Assembly (NCBI RefSeq): GCF_013149785.1
Contig: NZ_JABEZU010000002.1
Location: 248,001 to 312,000 of the forward strand
Origin: Isoptericola halotolerans
Lineage (GTDB): Bacteria; Actinomycetota; Actinomycetes; Actinomycetales; Cellulomonadaceae
DNA: 64,000 nt
Reading direction: 5' to 3'
The notes beneath the pieces are model-generated. The model was given only the letters and a program-made list of their open reading frames with translations, did not search any database and was not told the origin of the DNA. This document shows, piece after piece, positions 51,017 through 61,086 of this stretch; position 1 is the stretch's first letter; each line of letters starts with the position of its first letter. Made by a program: the position numbers and the translations under genes.

Positions 51017-51729
51017 CGCGCATCCTGGTGGTCGAGGACGAGGAGTCCTACCGCGACCCGCTGACGTACCAGCTCACCCGAGAGGGGTACGAGGTCGTGG
51101 CGACGTCGAACGGCAACGACGCGCTGGAACGGTACGACGACGGCGGTGCGGACCTCGTGCTGCTCGACCTGATGCTCCCCGGTCTGAGCGGCACGGAGGT
51201 GTGCCGCGAGCTGCGCCAGCGCGGCGACGTCCCGATCATCATGCTCACGGCGAAGGACTCCGAGATCGACAAGGTCGTGGGCCTCGAGCTCGGTGCCGAC
51301 GACTACGTCACCAAGCCGTACTCGTTCCGTGAGCTGCTGGCCCGGATGCGGGCCGTGATGCGCCGTCGCGGTGCCGGCGGCATCGAGAGCGGGAGCAACG
51401 GGCACGACGACGACGGCGAGTCCGTCCTCGAGGTCGGCCCGGTGCGCATGGACGTGGAGCGGCACACCGTCGCGGTGGGTGGCGCGGCGGTCTCCCTGCC
51501 CCTCAAGGAGTTCGACCTGCTGGAGCTGCTGCTGCGCAACGCGGGGCGGGTGCTGACCCGCGGTCAGCTCATCGACCGGGTCTGGGGTGCCGACTACGTC
51601 GGCGACACCAAGACGCTGGACGTCCACGTCAAGCGCATCCGCTCCAAGATCGAGGCGGACCCGGGCTCCCCGAGCCTGCTCCTGACCGTGCGGGGCCTGG
51701 GGTACAAGCTCGCCGACGACGAGTCCTAG
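51013..51729 (+). CDS. regX3: response regulator (RegX3/PhoP)
   Basis: DLMLPG, GADDYVTKP, DTKTLDVHVKR. Confidence 0.92.
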   Translation: MTRILVVEDEESYRDPLTYQLTREGYEVVATSNGNDALERYDDGGADLVLLDLMLPGLSGTEVCRELRQRGDVPIIMLTAKDSEIDKVVGLELGADDYVTKPYSFRELLARMRAVMRRRGAGGIESGSNGHDDDGESVLEVGPVRMDVERHTVAVGGAAVSLPLKEFDLLELLLRNAGRVLTRGQLIDRVWGADYVGDTKTLDVHVKRIRSKIEADPGSPSLLLTVRGLGYKLADDES

Positions 51730-51755
51730 ACCTTCTCGCCAACCTGCCGTCGGCT

Positions 51756-51799
51756 GTTCATTCGTCGTTCACCTGCTCCTGGTCACCGGTCCACCTGGC
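51756..51799 (+). promoter_or_regulatory. PHO-box direct repeats upstream of pstS
   Basis: GTTCA at 51756 and 51767, GTCCA at 51789 (11-nt phase); TAGCGT -10 follows. Confidence 0.75.
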
Positions 51800-51867
51800 C
51801 TCCCTAGCGTTCCTGACGGACGCCGGCGGCCGCCGGTGCCACCAGATGCGTGAAGGATGGACGACTC

Positions 51868-53001
51868 GTGAACCTCAGCCGATTCACTCGTGCCGGATCT
51901 GCCGTCGCTGTGGGCGTGCTCGCCCTCAGCCTCGCCGCGTGCGGCTCGGACCCGGAGCCCGAGGGCAACGCCTCGGACACGGACGCCCCGGGGTCGTCGG
52001 AGACGAACTCCGGCGAGGAGATGGGCTCGATCTCCGGCACCCTCTCGGGCGGTGGCGCCTCCTCGCAGGAGGCCGCGATGAACGCCTGGCGCGCCGGCTT
52101 CCAGCAGGCGAACCCGGACGCCACCGTGAACTACGACCCGGTGGGCTCCGGCGGCGGTCGCACCGGCTTCGGTGACGGCTCGTACGCGTTCGCCGGTTCG
52201 GACGCCGCGCTGGACGAGGACGAGATCGCCGCCGCCGAGGCGCAGTGCGGCGAGGGCGGCGTCATCGAGTTCCCCGGCTACGTGAGCCCGGTGGCCGTGG
52301 CCTTCAACCTCGACGGCGTCGACTCGCTGAACATGTCCCCGGAGACCATCGCGAACGTCTTCCTCGGCGAGATCACCTCCTGGGACGACGAGGCGATCGC
52401 CGCGGACAACCCGGACGTCGAGCTTCCCGGCACCACCATCACGGTGGTGCACCGTTCCGACGAGTCGGGGACCACGGAGAACTTCGAGGAGTACCTCCAC
52501 ACCGTCGCCCCGGACATCTGGACGGCCGAGCCGTCCGGCGTGTGGCCGGTGGACGGCCAGGAGTCCGCGCAGGGCACCTCGGGCGTCGTCGGCGCGGCCC
52601 AGGCCGGGCAGGGCACCATCACCTACGCCGACGCCTCCCAGGTGGGTGGCCTCGGGACCGTGGCGGTCGGCGTCGGCGGCGAGTTCGTGCCGTACTCGGC
52701 CGAGGCTGCCGCCGAGGTCGTGGCCCAGTCGCCGCGCACCGAGGGCACCAGCGACTACGTCTACACGATCGAGCTCGAGCGCGACATCGCGGGTACCTAC
52801 CCGATCGTGCTCGTCTCCTACTCGCTCGCCTGCACGTCCTACCCGGACGAGGAGACCGCCGAGCTCGTCAAGGGCTTCCTCGGCTACGTCGTGAGCGAGG
52901 AGGGCCAGCAGGCCTCCGCCGACGCCGCCGGCGCCGCCCCGCTGTCCGACACGATCCGCGAGGCGATCCTGCCCGGCATCGAGTCGATCTCCGCGGGCTG
53001 A
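51868..53001 (+). CDS. pstS: phosphate ABC substrate-binding lipoprotein
   Basis: Lipobox LAAC, GASSQ, GSGGG, FAGSD, HRSDESGTT. Confidence 0.94.
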   Translation: MNLSRFTRAGSAVAVGVLALSLAACGSDPEPEGNASDTDAPGSSETNSGEEMGSISGTLSGGGASSQEAAMNAWRAGFQQANPDATVNYDPVGSGGGRTGFGDGSYAFAGSDAALDEDEIAAAEAQCGEGGVIEFPGYVSPVAVAFNLDGVDSLNMSPETIANVFLGEITSWDDEAIAADNPDVELPGTTITVVHRSDESGTTENFEEYLHTVAPDIWTAEPSGVWPVDGQESAQGTSGVVGAAQAGQGTITYADASQVGGLGTVAVGVGGEFVPYSAEAAAEVVAQSPRTEGTSDYVYTIELERDIAGTYPIVLVSYSLACTSYPDEETAELVKGFLGYVVSEEGQQASADAAGAAPLSDTIREAILPGIESISAG

Positions 53002-53014
53002 CCCTCACGGTCCC

Positions 53015-53066
53015 GGCCGGAGGCCGGGCGGCACGCCCTACCAGGCGCGACGCCCGGCCACCGGCC
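53015..53066 (+). other. intercistronic stem-loop between pstS and pstC
   Basis: GGCCGG-GGCCGGGCG ... CGCCCGGCC-CCGGCC. Confidence 0.55.
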
Positions 53067-53121
53067 CCTCCGTCGGACGAAGAGCAGAGAGCAGCGCACC
53101 CAGCATGAGCGAGGAATCCGA

Positions 53122-54108
53122 GTGAGCATCACCGACAGCCCGCCGCGAGCGGGCACCCGCACGGCCCGCCGACGGCGGTCGTCCGACCGTGGTTTCAACC
53201 GTGGCTTCCGCTGGATCGCCGTCGGCGCCGGCGTCCTGATCCTCGTCGTCCTGGCCGCGGTGGCCCTGTTCCTGCTGTGGCAGGCCTGGCCGGCCCTCAC
53301 GGCGGGCGGCGACGAGCTCGCCGCCGAGGTCCCGCGGTTCCCGGCGGACACGTCCTTCCTGGGGTACGTGGGCCCGCTGGTCTTCGGCACGCTGCTCGCC
53401 GCGGTGCTCGCGCTGTGCCTGGCGGTGCCGGTGGCGATCGGTATCGCCCTGTTCATCTCGCACTACTCGCCACGGCGGCTGTCGCAGGTGCTGGGATACC
53501 TCGTCGACCTGCTGGCCGCCATCCCCTCGGTGGTGTACGGCCTGTGGGGCTTCCTCGTCCTGGCGCCGGTCCTCACACCCTTCTGGCTCTGGCTGAACGA
53601 GAACCTGAGCTGGATCCCCCTCTACGGCGGTCAGGCCTCCACCACCGGACGGGCCATGGCCACGGTGGGTGTGGTGCTCGCGGTGATGATCCTGCCGATC
53701 ATCACCGCCGTCTCGCGCGAGGTCTTCCTCCAGACGCCGAAGCTGCACGAGGAGGCGGCGCTCGCCCTCGGTGCCACCCGGTGGGAGGTCGTCCGGACCG
53801 CCGTGCTGCCGTTCGGCCGCTCCGGCGTGATCTCGGCGGCGATGCTCGGGCTCGGGCGTGCGCTGGGCGAGACGATGGCCGTGCTCATGATCATCTCGCC
53901 CGGGTTCAGCTACAGCCTGGACATCCTCGCCGCGGGCCAGCACCAGACGATCGCCGCCTACATCGCGGCGGACTTCCCGGAGTCCACCGGCCTCGGCATC
54001 AACACGCTGATCGCGGCCGGGCTCGTGCTGTTCGTCATCACGCTGGCCGTCAACATGACCGCGCGCTGGATCGTCGCGCGCCGCAAGGAATTCTCGGGGG
54101 CCAACTGA
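53122..54108 (+). CDS. pstC: phosphate ABC permease
   Basis: LAAIPSVVYGLWG, EAALALGATRW, GRALGETMA. Confidence 0.94.
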   Translation: MSITDSPPRAGTRTARRRRSSDRGFNRGFRWIAVGAGVLILVVLAAVALFLLWQAWPALTAGGDELAAEVPRFPADTSFLGYVGPLVFGTLLAAVLALCLAVPVAIGIALFISHYSPRRLSQVLGYLVDLLAAIPSVVYGLWGFLVLAPVLTPFWLWLNENLSWIPLYGGQASTTGRAMATVGVVLAVMILPIITAVSREVFLQTPKLHEEAALALGATRWEVVRTAVLPFGRSGVISAAMLGLGRALGETMAVLMIISPGFSYSLDILAAGQHQTIAAYIAADFPESTGLGINTLIAAGLVLFVITLAVNMTARWIVARRKEFSGAN

Positions 54109-55070
54109 TGAGTGCCGCGACCGCAAGCACGACCACCTCCGACGCCACGGAGCGCACACGCGCCCTGCTCACGACCGCCGACTCGGGACGCCGGCGCACG
54201 GACCGCGCCATGCAGGTGCTGATCTGGTGCGCCTTCGCGCTGGCGATGGTCCCGCTGGTCTGGTTGCTGTGGACGGTGACCACCGAGGGCATCGGCCGGA
54301 TGAGCATCGACTTCCTGACCCTGTCGACGCGCAACATCTTCGGCGGCGACCCCGGCGGGGGCATCTACCACGCGATCATGGGAACGCTCATCATCACGGG
54401 GATCGCCGCCGCGATCTCGGTGCCGGTCGGGATCCTCACCGCCATCTACCTCGTCGAGTACGGCAAGGGCTGGCTGGCGCGGTCGGTGACGTTCTTCGTG
54501 GACGTCATGACGGGCATCCCCTCGATCGTCGCCGGTCTCTTCGCCTTCTCCCTGTTCGCCCTGTTCCTCGGGCCGAGCGCACAGATGGGCATGATGGGCG
54601 CCGTCGCGCTCTCGGTGCTGATGATCCCGGTCGTGGTCCGCTCCTGCGAGGAGATGCTCAAGCTCGTGCCCAACGAGCTGCGCGAGGCCTCCTACGCCCT
54701 CGGCGTGCCGAAGTGGCTGACCATCGTCAAGGTGGTGCTGCGCACCTCGGTGGCCGGCCTGACCACGGGCGTGCTGCTCTCCGTGGCCCGCGTGATCGGC
54801 GAGACCGCGCCCCTGCTGGTCACGGTCGGCGTCACGGACTCGATCAACTTCAACCCGTTCGACGGCCGCATGATGACGCTGCCGGTCTTCAGCTACCGGC
54901 AGTACCACCAGGGGTACGCACCGTGCCCCGCCGGCGAGTCGGCGTCGTGCGTGGCGGACATCGCGTTCCAGAACGCGTGGGGAGCCGCGCTCGTGCTGAT
55001 CGGGATCGTCCTGCTCCTCAACCTCGTCGGCCGACTGGTGAACCGATGGTTCTCCCCGAAGCTGCGCTGA
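54108..55070 (+). CDS. pstA: phosphate ABC permease
   Basis: [32 protein letters not shown]. Confidence 0.94.
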   Translation: MSAATASTTTSDATERTRALLTTADSGRRRTDRAMQVLIWCAFALAMVPLVWLLWTVTTEGIGRMSIDFLTLSTRNIFGGDPGGGIYHAIMGTLIITGIAAAISVPVGILTAIYLVEYGKGWLARSVTFFVDVMTGIPSIVAGLFAFSLFALFLGPSAQMGMMGAVALSVLMIPVVVRSCEEMLKLVPNELREASYALGVPKWLTIVKVVLRTSVAGLTTGVLLSVARVIGETAPLLVTVGVTDSINFNPFDGRMMTLPVFSYRQYHQGYAPCPAGESASCVADIAFQNAWGAALVLIGIVLLLNLVGRLVNRWFSPKLR

Positions 55071-55116
55071 CGCGCAGACCTGCCGATCAGCCGCAGCTCA
55101 CACGAAGGAAGTAACG

Positions 55117-55896
55117 ATGGCACAGCGCATCGAGGTCAAGGACCTCAACATCTACTACGGCGACTTCCTCGCCGTGCAGGACGTCGCGATGACGATCGAG
55201 CCGAAGTCCGTGACCGCCCTCATCGGCCCGTCCGGCTGCGGGAAGTCGACGTACCTGCGCACCCTCAACCGGATGCACGAGGTGATCCCGGGGGCCCGGG
55301 TGGAGGGGAAGGTCGAGCTCGAGGGCGTCGACCTCTACGGCAGCGACGTCGACCCGGTCGCCGTCCGGCGCAACGTCGGCATGGTGTTCCAGCGCCCGAA
55401 CCCCTTCCCCACCATGTCGATCCGGGACAACGTGCTGGCGGGCGTCAAGCTCAACAACAAGCGCATCTCGAAGCCCGACGCCGACGACCTCGTCGAGTCC
55501 TCGCTGCGCGGGGCGAACCTGTGGAACGAGGTCAAGGACCGGCTCGAGAGGCCGGGGTCGGGCCTGTCCGGCGGTCAGCAGCAGCGGCTGTGCATCGCGC
55601 GGGCCATCGCGGTCAAGCCCCAGGTGCTCCTCATGGACGAGCCGTGCTCGGCCCTGGACCCGATCTCGACGCTCGCGATCGAGGACCTGATCGGTGAGCT
55701 GAAGAGCGAGTACACCATCGTCATCGTCACGCACAACATGCAGCAGGCGGCCCGCGTGAGCGACCGGACGGCGTTCTTCAACATCGCGGGCACGGGCAAG
55801 CCCGGCAAGCTCATCGAGATGGACGACACGTCGACGATCTTCTCCTCGCCGGCGGAGAAGTCGACCGAGGACTACGTCTCGGGCCGCTTCGGCTGA
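55117..55896 (+). CDS. pstB: phosphate ABC ATP-binding protein
   Basis: [33 protein letters not shown]. Confidence 0.96.
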   Translation: MAQRIEVKDLNIYYGDFLAVQDVAMTIEPKSVTALIGPSGCGKSTYLRTLNRMHEVIPGARVEGKVELEGVDLYGSDVDPVAVRRNVGMVFQRPNPFPTMSIRDNVLAGVKLNNKRISKPDADDLVESSLRGANLWNEVKDRLERPGSGLSGGQQQRLCIARAIAVKPQVLLMDEPCSALDPISTLAIEDLIGELKSEYTIVIVTHNMQQAARVSDRTAFFNIAGTGKPGKLIEMDDTSTIFSSPAEKSTEDYVSGRFG

Positions 55897-55915
55897 CAGC
55901 CCCCGGTTCAGCGCC

Positions 55916-55965
55916 ACGACGACGAACGCCCCCTCCGCTCGAGCGGAGGGGGCGTTCGTCGTCGT
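55916..55965. terminator. 50-bp perfect palindrome, bidirectional terminator
   Basis: ACGACGACGAACGCCCCCTCCGCTC followed directly by its reverse complement. Confidence 0.8.
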
Positions 55966-55989
55966 CGGTCCGGCCGTGGCCGGACCGGC

Positions 55990-56460
55990 TCACGGCAGGT
56001 AGTCCACGTACTCCGGCAGGGTGCCGTCGAGCACGGGCAGGTAGAAGTCCTCGCTCGCACCGGCGGCGCTCAGCGTCGCCTCGAGGTTGCCGCCGGGGAT
56101 GGTGGCGACGGTGCCGAGCATGGCCTGCTCGCCGTCCTCGGTGCCGAGGTAGACGGTCTCCCTGGCCCCGACACGGATGCTCACGGCGTCGTTCCCGGGC
56201 GTCTCGAGGACGAACTCGACGTCGTCGGGCGTGGAGTTGGCGAGCGCGCCCAGGAGCGTCCCCTGCTCGCCCTCCGCGGCGGAGACGACCATGAGGTTGA
56301 CGCCCCGGGCGTCGACCCCCTCGAGGTCGACCCGGGAGCCGTCGGACGGGGCGTAGGGAAGCTGTGTCGTGAGGGGTGCGCACGCGCCCAGCAGCAGCGC
56401 TCCGGCGGCGGCGCCCGCGACGGCGAGGGTGGGTCGGGCAGGACGGGCGGAGCGGGCCAC
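55990..56460 (-). CDS. lipoprotein divergent from carD (LpqE-like position)
   Basis: Lipobox LLGAC, PYAPSDG; GGAGAG RBS. Confidence 0.75.
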   Translation of the reverse strand: MARSARPARPTLAVAGAAAGALLLGACAPLTTQLPYAPSDGSRVDLEGVDARGVNLMVVSAAEGEQGTLLGALANSTPDDVEFVLETPGNDAVSIRVGARETVYLGTEDGEQAMLGTVATIPGGNLEATLSAAGASEDFYLPVLDGTLPEYVDYLP

Positions 56461-56710
56461 GTGCTCTCCTTCGGCTGGGTGTGCGTGCTCGGGTCTCGGG
56501 CACCGGTCTGGGCACGCAGTGAGGTCATGGGAGGGGCAGCGAGCCCTGCGCCATCCTACCGGGGGCCGGTCGCCGACATCCACCAGCGTGCCGCGCGAGC
56601 CTCTGACCTGCATCGATGCGGATGCTTGGGCCCCGATCGCCGTGGTCGGCGCGCCGGGTCGAAGGCTGCACCGTGATAGACTCGTCCACTGGGAAAGGGG
56701 ACATCTACAG

Positions 56711-57193
56711 ATGACGTTCACAGTAGGCGAGACGGTTGTCTACCCGCACCACGGCGCCGCGCTGATCGAAGAGGTCAAGACGCGCAAGATCCGTGGTGAA
56801 GAGAAGATGTACCTCAAGCTCAAGGTCGCCCAGGGCGATCTGACGATCGAGGTCCCGGCGGAGAACGTCGACCTCGTCGGCGTGCGCGACGTGGTCGACC
56901 AGGAAGGGCTCGACAAGGTCTTCGACGTCCTGCGCGCCCCGTACACCGAGGAGCCGACCAACTGGTCGCGGCGGTACAAGGCGAACCTCGAGAAGCTGGC
57001 GTCCGGCGACGTGATCAAGGTCGGTGAGGTCGTCCGTGACCTCTCGCGCCGTGACGCGGACCGCGGCCTCAGCGCCGGGGAGAAGCGCATGCTGGCCAAG
57101 GCTCGCCAGATCCTCGAGTCCGAGGTCGCCCTCGCCGAAGGTGTCGACGAGGAGAAGGCCGGCGCCATCATCGACGAGGTGCTCGCCTCCTGA
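56711..57193 (+). CDS. carD: CarD RNA polymerase-binding regulator
   Basis: [27 protein letters not shown]. Confidence 0.96.
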   Translation: MTFTVGETVVYPHHGAALIEEVKTRKIRGEEKMYLKLKVAQGDLTIEVPAENVDLVGVRDVVDQEGLDKVFDVLRAPYTEEPTNWSRRYKANLEKLASGDVIKVGEVVRDLSRRDADRGLSAGEKRMLAKARQILESEVALAEGVDEEKAGAIIDEVLAS

Positions 57194-57927
57194 CGACGTT
57201 CGCGATCCTCACCGCCGCCGGTTCCGGTACGCGGCTGGGCCGTGACGTCCCCAAGGCTCTCGTCGAGATCGACGGGACGCCGCTCGTCGCGCACGCTGCC
57301 CGCGCCCTGGCCGCGTCCGGCGTCGTCGACGCCCTCGTGATCACGGCTCCGGCCGGGCGCAGCGCGCAGCTGCGGGCCGCCGTCGGTCCGCTCCCGCTCG
57401 ATGTGCAGGTGGTGGACGGCGGCGGGACCCGTCAGGCGTCCGTCGCCGCCGGTCTGCGCCTCGTCCCGCCGGACGCCGACGTCGTCCTGGTCCACGACGC
57501 CGCCCGCCCGTTCGCGCCGTCGTCCCTCGTGGAGCGGGTCGTGAGCGCGGTCCGGTCAGGGCACGGCGCCGTCGTCCCCGGCCTGCCCGTGACGGACACC
57601 ATCAAGCGCGTCGCGCCCGACGGCAGCAGCCCCGCCGGTGAGGTCGTCACCGGGTCGGCCGGGATCGAGCGCGTCGTGGACACCCCCGACCGCAGCGTGC
57701 TGCGCGCGGTGCAGACGCCGCAGGGCTTCGACCGGGAACTGCTGCAGCGCGCCCACGCCGACGGGGCCGCCCGGGCTGCGGCCGAGCACCTGGCCGCCAC
57801 GGACGACGCCGGACTGGTCGAGGCGCTCGGGATGCCCGTGCACGTCGTGGCCGGCGACGTCGCGGCGTCCAAGATCACCACCGAGCGCGACCTCGTGCTC
57901 GCCACCCTGCTGCAGGGGGAGCGATGA
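57190..57927 (+). CDS. ispD: 2-C-methyl-D-erythritol 4-phosphate cytidylyltransferase, probable CTG start
   Basis: [40 protein letters not shown]. Confidence 0.9.
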   Translation: MTTFAILTAAGSGTRLGRDVPKALVEIDGTPLVAHAARALAASGVVDALVITAPAGRSAQLRAAVGPLPLDVQVVDGGGTRQASVAAGLRLVPPDADVVLVHDAARPFAPSSLVERVVSAVRSGHGAVVPGLPVTDTIKRVAPDGSSPAGEVVTGSAGIERVVDTPDRSVLRAVQTPQGFDRELLQRAHADGAARAAAEHLAATDDAGLVEALGMPVHVVAGDVAASKITTERDLVLATLLQGER

Positions 57928-58409
57928 CCCCCCTGCCCCGCACCGGCATCGGTGTCGACGTCCACGCCTTCGCCCCCGAGGGCACTGACCGCGGGCTGTG
58001 GCTCGGCGGGTTGCACTGGCCGGGGGAGCGAGGGCTGGCCGGCCACTCGGACGCCGACGTCGCGGCGCACGCGGCGGCGGACGCGTTGTTCTCCGCCGCC
58101 GGGATCGGCGACCTGGGATCCCACTTCGGCACGGGCGAGCCGCAGTGGGCGGGTGCGAGCGGCGTCGTCCTGCTGGCCGAGGCGGCGCAGCGTGTGCGGG
58201 CCGCAGGTTTCGAGATCGGGAACGTCGCGGTGCAGGTGGTCGGGAACCGGCCCAAGGTCGGCCCGCGCCGGTCCGAGGCCGAGGCCGCTCTCTCCGAGGC
58301 GGCCGGGGCACCGGTGTCCTTGAGCGCGACGACGTCCGACGGGCTGGGTCTCACCGGGCGCGGCGAGGGCGTCGCCGCGATCGCGACCGCTCTGGTCGTC
58401 CCCACCTGA
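57924..58409 (+). CDS. ispF: 2-C-methyl-D-erythritol 2,4-cyclodiphosphate synthase
   Basis: [33 protein letters not shown]. Confidence 0.95.
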   Translation: MTPLPRTGIGVDVHAFAPEGTDRGLWLGGLHWPGERGLAGHSDADVAAHAAADALFSAAGIGDLGSHFGTGEPQWAGASGVVLLAEAAQRVRAAGFEIGNVAVQVVGNRPKVGPRRSEAEAALSEAAGAPVSLSATTSDGLGLTGRGEGVAAIATALVVPT

Positions 58410-58410
58410 A

Positions 58411-58484
58411 CGTTGTGGGCGTGATTTCTGGCCCATCTTGTCCTTTTAACCGGGCAAAACGGGCCAGAAATCACGCCCACAACG
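58411..58484. repeat. 74-bp palindromic element with 24-bp perfect inverted arms (REP/MITE-like; also a likely bidirectional terminator)
   Basis: CGTTGTGGGCGTGATTTCTGGCCC ... GGGCCAGAAATCACGCCCACAACG. Confidence 0.7.
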
Positions 58485-59846
58485 CTAGGGGCCGAGGACG
58501 CGTTCGGTGTAGGCGTTGCGGAACACGCCGTCCGGGTCGACGACGGCCCGCACCCCCGCCACGTCCGCCAGCGGGTAGTGCGCCGCCAGGTCGTCCGCGG
58601 TGCGGGTGTGCAGCTTGCCCCAGTGCGGCCGCCCGCCGGCGGCGACGAAGATCTCCTCCGCGGCCGCGAAGTACCGCTCCCGAGGCATCCGGTGGTACTG
58701 GTGCACCGCCACGTACGCCGTGTCCCGGCCACGCGCCGTCGACAGCCACACGTCGTCCGCCGCGGCGCACCTCACCTCGACCGGGAACGGCACCGGCTCG
58801 CCGGAGGAGCGCAGCCAGGCGGCCAGCTCCGTCAGCACGCCCGCGAGCTCCGACCGCGGCACGGCGTACTCCATCTCCACGAAGCGCACCCGGCGACGAG
58901 TCACGAGCACCCGGTCCGACGGTGCCACGTAGCTGCGGTCGCTCAGTGCCGAGGCACTGATCCGGTTGATCCGCGGCACCCATCGTGGCGCCGCGGCCGC
59001 CACGTGCATCGCAGCCCCGAGGACCCCGTTGGCCAGCACCTCCTCGTCGAGGAGGGTCCGTCCGGCCGCGCCGAGGCGTCGCAGGGCCCCGGCCGCGCCC
59101 TCCTGGCGCTGCGCGTGCGCCGCCGCCTCGTCCCGGTCCAGCGGGTCGTTGCACCAGGTGAGCATCCGGTCGGTGCCGGGGAACCAGTAGGCGTCCACCC
59201 GCTCGTGCCGCGCGACCAGCTCGTCGTAGCCGTCCACCACCGCACGCCACGGACGGACGGTCTCCGTCGAGCGCAGCAGGTACGCCGGGACCACCTCCAG
59301 GGTCACGGCCGTGAGCACCCCGACCGAGCCGAGGCCGAGGCGAGCGACCTCGAACAGCGCCCGTTCCGGCGAGCCGGCCGGGTCGGCGTCGGACACCGAC
59401 CGCACCGTGCCGTCGGGCAGGACGAGACGCACGCCGCGCACCTGCGTCGCCAGCCCGCCCAGCCTCGCGCCGGTGCCGTGCGTGCCGGTGGAGATCGCGC
59501 CGGCGACGGACTGCCGGTCGATGTCACCGAGGTTGCGCAGGGCCAGTCCCTGCACCGCCAGCAACCGGTTCAGCTCGGCCAGGCGGGTACCGGCCCCGAC
59601 CGTCACCAGGGCGTCACCCGACGGCAGCCGCTGCACCGACTCCAGCCCACGGAGGTGGTCGAGACTCAGCAGCAGCCCGTCGGTGACGGCTGCGTCCGTG
59701 AAGGAGTGCCCGGCTCCCACCGTCCGCACCGCCAGGCCGTCCTGCGCGGCCCGGGCGACCTGTGCGCACAGCTCCGGCTCGTCGCGCGGCGTCGCACGGC
59801 GCGCCGGCTCGGCGGTGAAGGTCCGCCCCCAGGTGGTGAACGTCAC
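58485..59846 (-). CDS. aldonolactone oxidoreductase (D-arabinono-1,4-lactone oxidase/L-gulonolactone dehydrogenase family)
   Basis: VGAGHSF, GAISTGTHGTG, EMEYAVP, FPVEVR, GRPHWGK. Confidence 0.9.
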   Translation of the reverse strand: MTFTTWGRTFTAEPARRATPRDEPELCAQVARAAQDGLAVRTVGAGHSFTDAAVTDGLLLSLDHLRGLESVQRLPSGDALVTVGAGTRLAELNRLLAVQGLALRNLGDIDRQSVAGAISTGTHGTGARLGGLATQVRGVRLVLPDGTVRSVSDADPAGSPERALFEVARLGLGSVGVLTAVTLEVVPAYLLRSTETVRPWRAVVDGYDELVARHERVDAYWFPGTDRMLTWCNDPLDRDEAAAHAQRQEGAAGALRRLGAAGRTLLDEEVLANGVLGAAMHVAAAAPRWVPRINRISASALSDRSYVAPSDRVLVTRRRVRFVEMEYAVPRSELAGVLTELAAWLRSSGEPVPFPVEVRCAAADDVWLSTARGRDTAYVAVHQYHRMPRERYFAAAEEIFVAAGGRPHWGKLHTRTADDLAAHYPLADVAGVRAVVDPDGVFRNAYTERVLGP

Positions 59847-59896
59847 GGCGCACACTCTGCCACGTCGCTGCAACGTCCCCGGTGTAGCGTGCCCGC

Positions 59897-61063
59897 ATGA
59901 CCGTGACCGATCGGCTGACCCGCGCCACGCGGGGTCTGCCCGCGCCGCTCGCCGTGGTCGACCTCGACATGTTCGACGCCAACGCGGCAGGCCTGCTCCG
60001 GCGGGCCGGCGGCACCCCGGTGCGGGTCGCCGCCAAGTCCGTGCGGGTGCGCTCGCTCGTCGAGCGTGCCCTGGGTGCGGGGTTCGCCGGGGTGATGGCC
60101 TACAGCCTGGACGAGGCGCTGTGGCTCGTCGGCACCGGAGTGCGCGACGTGCTCCTCGGGTACCCCACGGTCGACACCGGCGCGCTCGCCCGGCTCGCGG
60201 CCGACCCGGAGGCCCGCCGCGAGATCACGCTGATGGTCGACGACGTCGCCCAGCTCGCCCTCGTGCAGGCCGCCCTGGCGGGTCCCGGCGGCGGGCCGGA
60301 GGTCGCGGTCTGCCTGGACGTGGACTCCTCGCTGCGGCTGGGCGTTCTCCACCTCGGCACCCGCCGATCGCCGCTGCGCGCTCCGGAGCAGGTGGCGGCG
60401 CTCGCGGCCAGGGTCGCCGGGACGGACGGCCTGCGCCTGCGCGGGCTGATGTTCTACGAGGCGCAGGTCGCGGGGCTGCCCGACACCCCGGCGGTCCGGG
60501 TGGTCAAGGCGTTGTCCGTGCCCGACGTCGACCGTCGCCGCCGCAGAATCCTCGCGGCGGTGCGTACCGCCGTCAGGCAGGACGTCGAGCTCGTCAACGC
60601 CGGCGGGACCGGGTCGCTGGAGACCTCTGCGGCGGGAGCCGGGGTCACCGAGGTGACGTCCGGGTCCGGGTTGTTCGTGCCGGGGACCTTCGACGGGATG
60701 CGCAGCGTGACGCAGCGGCCCGCGGCCTTCTTCGGGCTGGACGTGGTGCGCACCCCGGGGCCCGGCTGGGCGACGGCGTTCGGCGGCGGGTACGTCGCCT
60801 CCGGCCCGGCCGGACCGTCGCGCCTGCCGCGGCTGGTCACCCCCGGCTGGTCGCTGACCCGGCGCGAGGCGACCGGCGAGGTGCAGACCCCGCTGCGGCG
60901 ACGGCGCGAGGGACGGCCCCTGCAGGTCGGGGACCGGGTGTGGTTCCGCCACGCCAAGGCCGGCGAGCTGATGGAACGGTTCGCCGCCGTGCTGCTGGTG
61001 CGCGGCGACGAGGTCGTCGACACGGTGCCGACCTATCGCGGTGAGGGTCGCACGTTCGGCTGA
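59897..61063 (+). CDS. PLP fold-type III enzyme (alanine racemase/D-serine dehydratase-like deaminase/aldolase)
   Basis: [41 protein letters not shown]. Confidence 0.85.
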   Translation: MTVTDRLTRATRGLPAPLAVVDLDMFDANAAGLLRRAGGTPVRVAAKSVRVRSLVERALGAGFAGVMAYSLDEALWLVGTGVRDVLLGYPTVDTGALARLAADPEARREITLMVDDVAQLALVQAALAGPGGGPEVAVCLDVDSSLRLGVLHLGTRRSPLRAPEQVAALAARVAGTDGLRLRGLMFYEAQVAGLPDTPAVRVVKALSVPDVDRRRRRILAAVRTAVRQDVELVNAGGTGSLETSAAGAGVTEVTSGSGLFVPGTFDGMRSVTQRPAAFFGLDVVRTPGPGWATAFGGGYVASGPAGPSRLPRLVTPGWSLTRREATGEVQTPLRRRREGRPLQVGDRVWFRHAKAGELMERFAAVLLVRGDEVVDTVPTYRGEGRTFG

Positions 61064-61086
61064 CACGTGGCCGGTACCCTGGACCG

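Noticed and set aside
56461..56710. Possible ncRNA in the 250-bp lipoprotein-carD spacer
   Set aside because: Only a TAGACT -10 and short palindromes are visible; I cannot support an RNA family
57190..57927. ispD as a 5'-truncated pseudogene
   Set aside because: The frame is intact from CTG 57190 with all motifs present
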